Counted from the stretch's first letter, positions 31,039 through 40,216 are shown. The stretch is DNA of 59,548 bases from Deltaproteobacteria bacterium 13_1_40CM_4_68_19 (GCA_001918155.1 MNFJ01000164.1:1-59548); one strand, 5' to 3'. Made by a program: numbers and translations. Notes: generated from the letters alone by a model not told the origin.

Positions 31039-32013
31039 ATGCCGGCCTGGAACATCATTCAGGCGGTGAACGACGCGCTGCGGATCGAGATGCGCCGCGA
31101 TCCGCGCGTGGTGGTGATGGGCGAGGACGTGGGAAGGTTCGGCGGCGTCTTCCGCGCGACGGTGGGTCTGATCGAGGAGTTCGGGCCCGACCGCGTGATC
31201 GACACGCCGCTGGCGGAATCCGGGATCATCGGGGCGGCGATCGGGATGGCGATGTACGGGCTGCGTCCGGTGCCCGAGATCCAGTTCTCGGACTTCATCT
31301 TTCCCGCCTTCGACCAGATCGTGAACGAGCTGGCCAAGCTGCGCTACCGCAGCGGTGGCCAGTACGCCGCGCCAGTGGTGATCCGGACCCCGGTCGGTGG
31401 CGGGATCAAAGGCGGCCACTACCACTCGCAGTCTCCGGAGGCCCTCTTCATCCATACGCCGGGCCTCCAGATCATCCATCCCTCGAATCCCTTCGACGCG
31501 AAGGGCCTGCTCATCTCCGCCATCCGCCAGGATGACCCGGTCATCTTCATGGAGCCGAAGCGCGTCTATCGCGCCGCGCGGGGCGAGGTGCCCGAAGGCG
31601 AGTACACGGTTCCGATCGGCCAGGCAAACGTCGCACGCGAGGGGCGGGGGATGACCGTGATCGCCTGGGGCGCGATGTTCCACGAGGCCCTGCAGGCGGT
31701 CGAGCAGGCGGAGGACCTGGATGCCGAGCTGATCGACCTGCGCACGCTCTGGCCGCTGGACATCGAGACGCTCGTGCGCAGCGTGCGCAAGACCGGGCGC
31801 TGCGCCATCGTGCAGGAGGCGCCGCGAACATGCGGGTTCGCGGCGGAGATCAGCGCGCTGATCCAGGAACGCTGCTTCACCTCGCTCGAGGCCCCGATCG
31901 CGCGCATCACCGGCTGGGACACGCCGTTTCCCTACACGCTGGAAAGCGAGTATCTGCCGCTCGCGCCGCGCATCCTCGGAGCGCTGCGCGAGCTGAAAGC
32001 ATACGAGGCCTGA
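31039..32013 (+). CDS. 2-oxoacid dehydrogenase E1 component, beta subunit
   Basis: MPAWNIIQAVNDALRIEM..DPRVVVMGEDVG.FGGVFR.T.GL...FG..RVIDTPLAE.GI.G.AIG is a classic E1-beta N-terminus. Confidence 0.9.
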   Translation: MPAWNIIQAVNDALRIEMRRDPRVVVMGEDVGRFGGVFRATVGLIEEFGPDRVIDTPLAESGIIGAAIGMAMYGLRPVPEIQFSDFIFPAFDQIVNELAKLRYRSGGQYAAPVVIRTPVGGGIKGGHYHSQSPEALFIHTPGLQIIHPSNPFDAKGLLISAIRQDDPVIFMEPKRVYRAARGEVPEGEYTVPIGQANVAREGRGMTVIAWGAMFHEALQAVEQAEDLDAELIDLRTLWPLDIETLVRSVRKTGRCAIVQEAPRTCGFAAEISALIQERCFTSLEAPIARITGWDTPFPYTLESEYLPLAPRILGALRELKAYEA

Positions 32014-32014
32014 C

Positions 32015-33337
32015 ATGGCCCAGTTCGAGTTCAAGCTGCCGGACATCGGCGAAGGCGTGGTGGAGGGCGAGATCGTCAAGTGGCTCGTCAAGGCGGGAGA
32101 CCAGATCGTGGAGGACCAGCCGCTGGTCGAGGTCATGACCGACAAGGCCACGGTCACCATCCCCAGTCCCCGGCGTGGAAAGGTCGTGCGCACGGTCGGC
32201 AGGGAAGGGGACATCGCCAAGGTGCATTCGACGCTGGTGGTGCTGGAATTGGAGGGCGACGGCCCCGTCCAGGCGAAGCCCAGCACCGGCGCTCCTGCGC
32301 AGGCCGCGCCGACCCTTCCGGCCGGGCAGGCGGGCCAGTCAGCGCCGCTCCAGACAGCCAACGTTCCCCGCCCGCAGGCCGGTGCGTCGGCGCACGGCAC
32401 CCAGACCAGCGCTCGCGCCGGGGGAAACGGCGACGGGCACAAGGTGCTCGCCACCCCTGTGACACGGAGGATGGCGCGCGAGATGGGCGTCGATCTCGGT
32501 TCCCTCCAAGGTTCCGGGCCGCAGGGCAGGGTGATGAAAGCGGACGTGCTCGCGCATGCGGAGAACAAGACCGCGGGGGCCCCGGTGCCAGCACCGCCGC
32601 GCATGGAGGCGCTGGCGCAGGACGAGGTCCGGCCGCTGCGCGGCCTGCGCAAGAGCATCGCGAAGAGCATGGCGCAGAGCCACGCGCACGTCGTTGCGTT
32701 CACTTTCGTGGAGGAGTGCGATACCGGGCCGCTCACCTCCCTGCGCGAGCGCGTCAACGCCGAGCTGGCCCGCCGCGGCGAGGCGAAGCTCAGCTATCTG
32801 CCGTTCATCGCCAAAGCGCTGCTGCACGGGTTCGCGAAGTATCCCGAGTTGAATGCGTTGATGGACGAGGAGAAGCAGGCGCTGGTGGTGAAGAAGGACG
32901 CGAACATCGGGTTCGGCGCCGCGACCGGGCAGGGGTTGACGGTGTTCGTGGTCAAGGACGTGCGCGGCAAGACGCTCCGGGAGATCGGGGCGGAGATCGA
33001 CCGGCTGGCGAAGGCGGCTCGGGAGCAGAAGCTCCAGCTGCAGGACCTGCAGGGCTCGACGTTCACCGTCACGTCACTGGGCAAGGATGGGGGCTTGCTC
33101 GCGACGCCGGTGGTCAAGCACCCGGAAGTCGGCATCCTCGGGATCCACAAGATCAAGGAGTGGGCGAAGCCTGTGCGGCGGGCGGACGGCACCGTCGGCG
33201 TGGAGATCGCCGAGCGGATGAACCTCTCCTGCTCGTTCGATCACCGCGTGATCGACGGCCACATCGGCGCCGCCTTCCTCTACGAGGTCATCCACGCGCT
33301 CGAGGCACCGGAGCTGCTGCTGATGGAGCAGCTCTGA
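32015..33337 (+). CDS. Dihydrolipoamide acyltransferase (E2)
   Basis: The lipoyl domain has EVMTDKATV, followed by an Ala/Pro linker, the subunit-binding domain (LATPVTRRMAREMGVDL), and a catalytic domain with the DHRVIDG motif. Confidence 0.9.
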   Translation: MAQFEFKLPDIGEGVVEGEIVKWLVKAGDQIVEDQPLVEVMTDKATVTIPSPRRGKVVRTVGREGDIAKVHSTLVVLELEGDGPVQAKPSTGAPAQAAPTLPAGQAGQSAPLQTANVPRPQAGASAHGTQTSARAGGNGDGHKVLATPVTRRMAREMGVDLGSLQGSGPQGRVMKADVLAHAENKTAGAPVPAPPRMEALAQDEVRPLRGLRKSIAKSMAQSHAHVVAFTFVEECDTGPLTSLRERVNAELARRGEAKLSYLPFIAKALLHGFAKYPELNALMDEEKQALVVKKDANIGFGAATGQGLTVFVVKDVRGKTLREIGAEIDRLAKAAREQKLQLQDLQGSTFTVTSLGKDGGLLATPVVKHPEVGILGIHKIKEWAKPVRRADGTVGVEIAERMNLSCSFDHRVIDGHIGAAFLYEVIHALEAPELLLMEQL

Positions 33338-33385
33338 GGATGCACGGTTGCGACGGCGGCCTGGTTCCTCTAGATCTGCCGTCCC

Positions 33386-34450
33386 ATGCGGGCCGCCCAG
33401 AAGCTCGAGACCCCTCCCATTCCGCGCGAGGTGCTGCTCCGGCTCTACCGGGAGATGGTCCGGCTGCGCACGCTCGACGAACGGATGATGACGCTGCAGC
33501 GGCAGGGGCGCGTCGGCTTCTATGGCGCCTGCACCGGTCAGGAAGCGGCCACTCTCGCCTCCGCGATCGCCCTCGAGGCGAGCGACTGGATCTTCCCCGC
33601 TCTTCGCGAAGGAGGCGCGATGCTCCTGCGCGGTTTCCCCCTCGTGCCGTACCTCTGCCAGATCTTCGGCAACGCCGGCGACGAGACGAAGGGCCGGCAG
33701 ATGCCCTCGCATATGGCGTCCCGGAGCGTGAACCAGGTGAGCTGGTCGAGCTGCATCGGCACGCAGCTGCCACAGGCGGTCGGCGCCGCCATGGCCGCGC
33801 GCATCAAGGGCGACCGCACCGTCATCGCCGCCTACCTGGGCGATGGGGCGACGAGCGAAGGCGACTTTCACGTGGCGATGAACTTCGCGGGGGTGTTCAA
33901 GGCGCCGGTGGTGTTCATCTGCCAGAACAACCACTGGGCGATCAGCGTGCCCACCGCGAAGCAGACGGCCAGCGAATCGATCGCGGTGAAAGCGGTCGCC
34001 TACGGATTTCCCGGCGTGAAGGTCGACGGCAACGACACCGTCGCCGTCTACCGGGCCGTCAAGGAGGCGGTGGACCGCGCCCGCAGCGGCGGCGGGCCCA
34101 CGCTGGTCGAATGCGAGACCTACCGCATCGGCGCGCACAGCTCGTCGGACGACCCGACGCGGTACCGCGACGAACGGGAGGTCGAGCAGTGGAAGAAGCG
34201 CGACCCGCTCGAGCTGCTGCGGTCGCGGCTGCAGGCCTGGGGCCTGTGGACGGCGCGGCAGGAGGACGAGCTGCGCGCGCAGGTGCTGGAGGAAGTGAAC
34301 GGGGCCATCGCCGAGGCGGAGAAGAAGCCCGACCCCCCGCGCGAATCGCTCTTCGACGACGTGTACGCGAACGTGCCCTGGTCTCTGCGCGAGCAGCGCG
34401 AGGAGCTGCTCGCGTCGCCGCCCGCCGCGCGCGCCAAACCATCGCCCTGA
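33386..34450 (+). CDS. 2-oxoacid dehydrogenase E1 component, alpha subunit (TPP-binding)
   Basis: The TPP motif region is YLGDGATSEGDFH...ICQNNHWAIS, and the length is typical for E1-alpha. Confidence 0.9.
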   Translation: MRAAQKLETPPIPREVLLRLYREMVRLRTLDERMMTLQRQGRVGFYGACTGQEAATLASAIALEASDWIFPALREGGAMLLRGFPLVPYLCQIFGNAGDETKGRQMPSHMASRSVNQVSWSSCIGTQLPQAVGAAMAARIKGDRTVIAAYLGDGATSEGDFHVAMNFAGVFKAPVVFICQNNHWAISVPTAKQTASESIAVKAVAYGFPGVKVDGNDTVAVYRAVKEAVDRARSGGGPTLVECETYRIGAHSSSDDPTRYRDEREVEQWKKRDPLELLRSRLQAWGLWTARQEDELRAQVLEEVNGAIAEAEKKPDPPRESLFDDVYANVPWSLREQREELLASPPAARAKPSP

Positions 34451-34463
34451 GTACAATCTCCGC

Positions 34464-35519
34464 GTGACCCGCACGCTGCACGTCCGGCGCCTCGGCCGCG
34501 TCGAATACCAGGACGGGCTCGCCATGCAGAAGCTGCTGGTGGAGGCGCGCGCGCAGGGCCTCGTGCCCGATACCCTCCTGCTGCTCGAGCATCCCCCGGT
34601 CATCACGCTGGGACGCGGAGCGAAAGCCAGGAACATCCTCTGGTCGCCAGAGGTGCTCGCGGCCCGCGGGTTCGAAATATTCGAGACGGATCGCGGTGGG
34701 GACGTCACCTATCACGGCCCGGGGCAGATCGTCGGGTACCCGATTCTGGACCTGAAGCCCGATCGCAAGGACGTCCGCAAGTATGTCGCGTCGGTCGAGG
34801 AGATCATGATCCGGGTCGCCGCCGGATACGGCGTGGCCGCCCATCGGGTCCCGGGACGGATCGGCGTCTGGACGCCGGCGGGGAAGCTCGGCGCCATCGG
34901 AGTGCACATCTCCCGCTGGATCACCTCGCACGGCTTCGCGTTCAACGTCCGGACGGACCTGGCGGACTTCTCCGCCATCGTCCCCTGCGGCATCGACGAT
35001 GCGAGCGTGGCTTCGCTGCAATCGCTGCTCGCGGAAGCGCCGCCGGTGCACGAGGTGGAAGACGCTTTCGCGCTGGAGGCGGGCGAGGTCTGGGAGAGCG
35101 AGACGTCCGAGGTCCCGCCCGAGCTGCAGACGGTGAGCATCACGTTGCGGCGCGACGACGGGCGCGTTCTCCTGCTCAAGCGGCGCGCGGAGCGGGGCGG
35201 GTTCTGGCAGATCCTCACGGGGCGCATCGAGGCCGGCGAAAGCCCGCTCCAGACCGCGGCGCGGGAGGTGCACGAGGAGACCGGCTTCTCTCCGCGCCTC
35301 GACGAGATTCGCGAGCTTCGATACGCGCACGGCTTCGCGCTGGGCAGCCGCGTCCCGCCGCTCTTTGCGCGCGAGACGGCGTTCGCCGCCACGGTCTCGG
35401 GTGAGCCGCGGCTCTCGGACGAGCACGACGAGCACCGCTGGTGCACTCCGCAAGAAGCGCTCGAGCTGCTGCCCTTCGCCGGCCTGCGGCGCGCCGTGCG
35501 CCTCTCTCAGGCCGCCTGA
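34464..35519 (+). CDS. lipB: Octanoyltransferase LipB fused to a C-terminal Nudix hydrolase domain
   Basis: The N-terminal ~210 aa carry LipB blocks (LLLLEHPPVITLGRG, RGGDVTYHGPGQIVGYPI, GAIGVHISRWITSHGFAFNV). The C-terminal part has a full Nudix box, GRIEAGESPLQTAAREVHEETGF. The start is GTG. Confidence 0.85.
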   Translation: MTRTLHVRRLGRVEYQDGLAMQKLLVEARAQGLVPDTLLLLEHPPVITLGRGAKARNILWSPEVLAARGFEIFETDRGGDVTYHGPGQIVGYPILDLKPDRKDVRKYVASVEEIMIRVAAGYGVAAHRVPGRIGVWTPAGKLGAIGVHISRWITSHGFAFNVRTDLADFSAIVPCGIDDASVASLQSLLAEAPPVHEVEDAFALEAGEVWESETSEVPPELQTVSITLRRDDGRVLLLKRRAERGGFWQILTGRIEAGESPLQTAAREVHEETGFSPRLDEIRELRYAHGFALGSRVPPLFARETAFAATVSGEPRLSDEHDEHRWCTPQEALELLPFAGLRRAVRLSQAA

Positions 35520-35588
35520 CTTCGGCGCACCCGGACGCACAGCGGTCGACTGTCCGCTCCGTCGGCCGGCAGCTACCATGCAGGCGCG

Positions 35589-36392
35589 ATGAGCAACTGG
35601 ATCAACTTCTCCATCCTCTGGATGCTGACGGGCAGTCCCGTCGCCGCCGCCGTCATCCTGCTGCTGGCGTACGCGATCGCAGACTGGTACGCCTTTGGAT
35701 TCCTCCGCGGCGTCGCGCACGCGGTCGCCGATTTCCACCGCGGCCGCCGCCTGCGCCTCGCGCTCCTGCACAATCCGCACGACCGCAAGGCGCGCGCCGA
35801 TCTGGGCGACATCCTCGTTTCGCAGCGCCGCTACCGTCGCGCGATCGCGATCGTCAAGCCGCTCGCCGACGAGAACCCGCACGATCTGAACGCGCTCTAC
35901 ATGCTCGGAGTTGCTTGCCTCGCGACGGGCCGGGTCCGGGAGGGCGAGATCTTCCTGGGCGAGGTGTACGAGGCGGACCCGGGTTACCGCGACGGCGCCG
36001 CCCTGCTCCAGCTGGGCCGATTCCGGGTGCGCCGCGGCGACGGCTCCGCCGCCGAGCCGCTGCGGCGATATCTCGAGACGCATCCTCACCATGTGGAGGC
36101 GCGGTTCCTGCTCTCGCAGGCCTGCGTCCTCGCCCGCGATCACGCCGCTGCCGCCGCCGAGCGCGCACGCTGCTGGCGCGAGTACGAGACCGAGCTGCCC
36201 TACCAGAGACGCCGCGACCGCATCTGGGCCTGGCGCGCGCGCCCTTCGCGCCCGCTCATCTACGCGGCGGCGGCCTGCTGCGGGATCGCGCTCGTCGGGG
36301 CCGCGTTGCAGCGCTCGACGCCGAGCGCGCACGCTGCTGCCGACCTGCGCTCGAGCCCTACGCCGAGGTCTTCTGCTCCGCCAGCTCGATGA
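35589..36392 (+). CDS. Membrane-anchored TPR-like repeat protein
   Basis: An N-terminal TM (ILWMLTGSPVAAAVILLLAYAI) is followed by helical repeats with TPR-like A/L/Y spacing and a C-terminal TM. Its 3' end overlaps convergent ribA by 35 nt. Confidence 0.6.
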   Translation: MSNWINFSILWMLTGSPVAAAVILLLAYAIADWYAFGFLRGVAHAVADFHRGRRLRLALLHNPHDRKARADLGDILVSQRRYRRAIAIVKPLADENPHDLNALYMLGVACLATGRVREGEIFLGEVYEADPGYRDGAALLQLGRFRVRRGDGSAAEPLRRYLETHPHHVEARFLLSQACVLARDHAAAAAERARCWREYETELPYQRRRDRIWAWRARPSRPLIYAAAACCGIALVGAALQRSTPSAHAAADLRSSPTPRSSAPPAR

Positions 36393-37008
36393 GGTGACCG
36401 GTCCGCTCGCGCTTGGTCTTCAAGTATCCGATGTTGTGCGGATTGGTCTTCGCCAGGGAAGGAATCCGCCGGTGGACGACCACGCCCTCGGCTTCCAGCG
36501 CGGCGATCTTCGCTGGATTGTTCGTGATCAGGTCGATCGAGCGAGCGCCGAGCTGCTTCAGCATCTGCGCGGCGATGTCGTAGCGGCGCAGATCGTCGCC
36601 GAACCCGAGCGCGCGGTTCGCCTCGTAGGTATCGGCGCCACGCGCCTGCAGGGCGTAAGCCCGGATCTTGTTCCCGAGGCCGATGCCGCGGCCCTCCTGG
36701 CGCAGGTAGATCACCGCGCCCCGCTCGGAGCGGCCGATCAGGTCGAGGGCGTGCTCGAGCTGCTCGCGGCAATCGCATTTCAGCGATCCGAGGATCTCGC
36801 TGGTGAGGCATTCGCTGTGGACGCGGACGGGGACGCTTTCCTGACCCCGCAGCTCGCCTTTGACGGCGACGACGTGCTCCTTGTCCGTGCCCCTCTCCCG
36901 GAAGACGATCGCGCGCAAAAGACCGTGTCGGGTAGGCAGCGGAGCCTCCGCATACAACTCGACGAGATCGGTGGGCCGGGGAACGGCGTGCAGGTGAGCG
37001 GTCGACAA
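36358..37008 (-). CDS. ribA: GTP cyclohydrolase II (monofunctional)
   Basis: The blocks are VRVHSECLTSEILGSLKCDCREQL and YLRQEGRGIGLGNKIRAY. I prefer the TTG start at 37008 (AGGAGG 4 nt upstream) over the track ATG at 37029. Confidence 0.85.
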   Translation of the reverse strand: MSTAHLHAVPRPTDLVELYAEAPLPTRHGLLRAIVFRERGTDKEHVVAVKGELRGQESVPVRVHSECLTSEILGSLKCDCREQLEHALDLIGRSERGAVIYLRQEGRGIGLGNKIRAYALQARGADTYEANRALGFGDDLRRYDIAAQMLKQLGARSIDLITNNPAKIAALEAEGVVVHRRIPSLAKTNPHNIGYLKTKRERTGHLIELAEQKTSA

Positions 37009-37025
37009 GGTGCCTCCTCTTGCTT

Positions 37026-37041
37026 GCATCCCATTGGATGC
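37026..37041. promoter_or_regulatory. Perfect 6-4-6 palindrome in the ribA/queD-like divergent region
   Basis: GCATCC-catt-GGATGC lies in a locally lower-GC 126-nt divergent gap. It is a possible operator, with no functional evidence. Confidence 0.25.
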
Positions 37042-37134
37042 GTCTTCCCTGCCAAAGTTCCTGTTTCGCTCAAAACGCTCCAGGGCGGGCGCTTTTTGCC
37101 CGCTCGCGCATCAAAATGCTACACGGAGCGCGCC

Positions 37135-37497
37135 ATGCATCAGATCGAGGCCGAGTTCACCTTCGCCGCTGCCCACCGCTTGCCGCGCTACAGCGGCAAG
37201 TGCTTCAACCTGCACGGCCACAACTACCGGTTCCAGGTCGTGCTGCGCGGGGACCCCGATCCGTACACCGGCATCTTCGTGGACTTCTCCGAGGTGGAGA
37301 ACCTGGTCAAGGAGCACGTGCTCGACCGCGTCGACCACACGAACCTGAACGACTTCATCGAGAACCCCACCGCAGAGAACATCGCCAGCTGGATGTGGCA
37401 CCGCCTTGAGGGGAAGCTGCCGGGCCTGGTCGAGATCCGCCTCTGGGAGATCCCCACGAGCTGCGTGGTCTACCGCGGGCCGCACGGGAAGTGGTGA
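37135..37497 (+). CDS. 6-carboxy-tetrahydropterin / 6-pyruvoyl-tetrahydropterin synthase family protein (QueD/PTPS)
   Basis: It is 120 aa. MHQIEAEFTFAAAHRL...CFNLHGHNY has the Cx3HGH motif, and DHTNLND is present. The stop directly abuts the folE ATG. Confidence 0.85.
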   Translation: MHQIEAEFTFAAAHRLPRYSGKCFNLHGHNYRFQVVLRGDPDPYTGIFVDFSEVENLVKEHVLDRVDHTNLNDFIENPTAENIASWMWHRLEGKLPGLVEIRLWEIPTSCVVYRGPHGKW

Positions 37498-38091
37498 ATG
37501 GCGCTTCCCGATCGCAAAGCACGGCCGCCCGACCGCAAGGCGCTCGCCAAGGCCATCGAGGATCTCCTCCTCGCTTCCGGCGCCGAGCTCGATGCGGAAA
37601 CGCGCGAGACCCCGGCCCGGGTGGCGAAGGCATTCAGCGAAGATCTCCTCGACGGCTACGCGCGCGACGCGATCGAGACCCTGAAGAGCTCGCTGGTGCC
37701 GGCGCCCCGGCGGGGCGAGCTGGTGATCGCATCCCAGATCGACTTCCACGCCATGTGCCCGCACCACCTGCTTCCCTACAAGGGCAGCGCGGCGGTCGGG
37801 TACGTCGCCGACCAATGGCTCGTCGGATTCGGAAAGATCGCCGAAGCGACCGATGCGCTGGCGCACCGGCTCATCCTGCAGGAACAGCTCGTGCACCGCC
37901 TCTGCGAGAGCGTGGCGGCAGCGTTGAGCCCCCTGGGGGTGGGCGTGGTGATCGTCGCCGAGCACGGTTGCATGCAGGTGCGCGGGCCCATGCGCCGGCA
38001 GAGCCGGGTGACCGTGGAGGCGTGGGCGGGCGTTTTCGAGAAGGACTCCGAGCTGCGCCACTCGCTCTCGCGGCGCGCGGAAGGTGGATGA
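37498..38091 (+). CDS. folE: GTP cyclohydrolase I (type 1)
   Basis: The blocks are FHAMCPHHLLPY and VVIVAEHGCMQVRG. Confidence 0.9.
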   Translation: MALPDRKARPPDRKALAKAIEDLLLASGAELDAETRETPARVAKAFSEDLLDGYARDAIETLKSSLVPAPRRGELVIASQIDFHAMCPHHLLPYKGSAAVGYVADQWLVGFGKIAEATDALAHRLILQEQLVHRLCESVAAALSPLGVGVVIVAEHGCMQVRGPMRRQSRVTVEAWAGVFEKDSELRHSLSRRAEGG

Positions 38092-38714
38092 AGGCGCTGG
38101 TCACAGGCGCCTCCCGCGGGATCGGGCGCGCCGTCGCCGAGGTCCTGATCGCCGACGGGATCCAGGTTGCCGTCTGCGCTTTTCGCGCGGCGCCCGAGGT
38201 GCGTGGGGCCGCGTTCGCCAAGCGCTGCGACGTGTCGGACGAGACCGAGGTGCGCGCGCTCTTCACCGAGGTCGGCCGTTGCGACTGCGTCGTGCTGAAC
38301 GCCGGCGTGCTCGAGCGGGCACCCGTCGAGGATTTCACCGCCGCCCAGTGGGATCGGGTCCTCGGCGTCAACCTCCGCGGCGCGTTCCTCTGCGCGCGGG
38401 AAGCATTCCGCACCGGCGCGACGCGCATCGTCGCGATCGGATCCATCAGCGGCACGCTGGGAACGGCGCACGCGGCGGCCTACAATGCCAGCAAGTGGGG
38501 CCTGACCGGCCTCGTCAAGTCGCTGGCGGAAGAAGGGCGCGGACGGGGCATTTTCTGCGCCGCGGTCTTGCCGGGCGCGGTGGACACCGAGATGCTCAAG
38601 CAGACGCCGTTTCCGCCCCGCCTCCGCCCGCAAGAAGTTGCGCGGGTGGTGAAGTTCCTCTGCACCGACGCGCCCTTCGCGATGACGGGGAGCGCAGTCG
38701 AGGTGTTCGGGTGA
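38088..38714 (+). CDS. Short-chain dehydrogenase/reductase (classical SDR)
   Basis: It has an ATGA overlap with folE. The motifs are TGASRGIGRA, NAG, and the catalytic S...YNASK. Confidence 0.85.
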   Translation: MKALVTGASRGIGRAVAEVLIADGIQVAVCAFRAAPEVRGAAFAKRCDVSDETEVRALFTEVGRCDCVVLNAGVLERAPVEDFTAAQWDRVLGVNLRGAFLCAREAFRTGATRIVAIGSISGTLGTAHAAAYNASKWGLTGLVKSLAEEGRGRGIFCAAVLPGAVDTEMLKQTPFPPRLRPQEVARVVKFLCTDAPFAMTGSAVEVFG

Positions 38715-40066
38715 GCGCGCTCGCGCAGGAGCTCGCGGCTCTCGGCCTGCAGACGGCGGCCATCGATCCCTACTCGCGCGACGAGAGCGGGTGCGGCGAA
38801 TACCCGCCGCATGCGGCGGTGCAGGCGCGCGACGCAATCGACGTGCAGAAGGTGCTCGCCTTCTCGCGGGCGCGGAAGATCCCGGTGGTGCCGCGTGGCG
38901 CCGGGTCGGGAAAGAGCGGCGGGGCGCTGGCGGAGCGCGGCGGGATCGTGCTCTCGCTGGAGAAGCTGGATCGCATCGTCGAAGTCTCCCGGGCGGACAT
39001 GGTCTGCGTGGTCGAGCCAGGAGTCATTCTGGAGAAGCTGCAGGCGGCAGTGGAGGCCGAGGGCCTCTTCTACCCACCCGATCCGAACTCACAGGCGATC
39101 TGCTCCATCGGAGGGAACCTGGCCCACAACGCGGGCGGCCCGCGCGCCCTCAAGTACGGCGTCACCCGCGACTACGTGCTGGCGCTGCAGGCGGTGCTGC
39201 CCACGGGCGAGCTGATCCGCACCGGACACCGCAGCTGGAAGGGCGTCGCCGGGTACGATCTGACGCAGCTTCTGGTAGGCAGCGAAGGGACGCTGGCGGT
39301 GATCGTCCAGGCAACGTTGAAGGTGATTCCGTTGCCCCGGTCGGTGGCCACGCTCCTCGCCTTCTTCCCCGACGAGGACGCGGCGGCGCTGGCGGTGCAG
39401 AAGATCTTCGGCGCCGGCCTCCTGCCCCGCGCCTGCGAGCTGCTGGACGGACCGGCGATGCGCGCGGTCAGCCCGCGGGCGCCGTTCAAGTTTCCCGAGG
39501 ACGTCGGCGGCGCGCTGATCGTCGAGCACGACGGGCATGGCGACAGCGTCATGGAAGAACTGGCGAGATCGGGAGAGCTTTGCACCGAGGCGGGCGCGCG
39601 CGAGGTGGTCGCCGCGCAGGACGAGGCGCAGCGGCGACGCATCTGGGAGACGCGGCGGATGATCTCGGTGGCGCTGACCTCCATCCGGCCGCACAAGATC
39701 AGCGAGGACGTGGCGGTCCCTCGCGGCCGTCTGGTCGAGTTGATCGGGCGGGTGCGGGCCATCGGTGCCCGGTACGGGCTGCCCACCGCCTGTTATGGCC
39801 ACGCGGGCGACGGCAACCTGCACGTGAATCTGCTGTTCGGATCCGCGGAGGAGCGCGCCAAAGGGCAGGCGGCCGTCGAAGAAGTGCTGCAGGCGGCGAT
39901 CGATCTGGGCGGTACCATCACCGGGGAGCACGGGGTGGGGCTCGCCAAGCGCGCCTTCCTGGCGCGCGAGCAGAGCCGCGACGTGATCGAACTGCAGCGG
40001 CGCCTCAAGCGGGCATTCGATCCGGACAACCTGCTGAATCCGGGAAAGATCCTTCCGCCGGCGTAA
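38711..40066 (+). CDS. FAD-linked oxidase (GlcD / D-lactate dehydrogenase-like)
   Basis: It has a GTGA overlap with the SDR gene. The FAD_binding_4-type N-terminus reads VVPRGAGSGKSGGAL. The C-terminal block is GEHGVGLAKR....LKRAFDPDNLLNPGKI. Confidence 0.85.
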   Translation: MSALAQELAALGLQTAAIDPYSRDESGCGEYPPHAAVQARDAIDVQKVLAFSRARKIPVVPRGAGSGKSGGALAERGGIVLSLEKLDRIVEVSRADMVCVVEPGVILEKLQAAVEAEGLFYPPDPNSQAICSIGGNLAHNAGGPRALKYGVTRDYVLALQAVLPTGELIRTGHRSWKGVAGYDLTQLLVGSEGTLAVIVQATLKVIPLPRSVATLLAFFPDEDAAALAVQKIFGAGLLPRACELLDGPAMRAVSPRAPFKFPEDVGGALIVEHDGHGDSVMEELARSGELCTEAGAREVVAAQDEAQRRRIWETRRMISVALTSIRPHKISEDVAVPRGRLVELIGRVRAIGARYGLPTACYGHAGDGNLHVNLLFGSAEERAKGQAAVEEVLQAAIDLGGTITGEHGVGLAKRAFLAREQSRDVIELQRRLKRAFDPDNLLNPGKILPPA

Positions 40067-40128
40067 TCCTTTTCGCGCGGGCTTCCCTCGCATCGACCGA
40101 GCCGGAACCCGTCCCCTGAGGCAGGGCG

Positions 40129-40149
40129 CTGGCTCCCTCCAGGAGCCAG
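40129..40149 (+). terminator. 8-bp GC hairpin downstream of the FAD-oxidase gene
   Basis: The hairpin is CTGGCTCC-ctcca-GGAGCCAG. There is no U-tract after it, so terminator function is uncertain. Confidence 0.3.
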
Positions 40150-40216
40150 AGACAGTCTCGCCAAAAACACACCTACAAATCCGTACCTTCGCTGCTCGAG
40201 TCTTGGGGTGTGGGAC

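Noticed and set aside
34059-36332. 757-aa minus-strand ORF spanning E1-alpha, lipB and the TPR gene
   Set aside because: It crosses three well-supported plus-strand genes and their gaps. Its composition is Arg/Ala/Pro-rich shadow-like.
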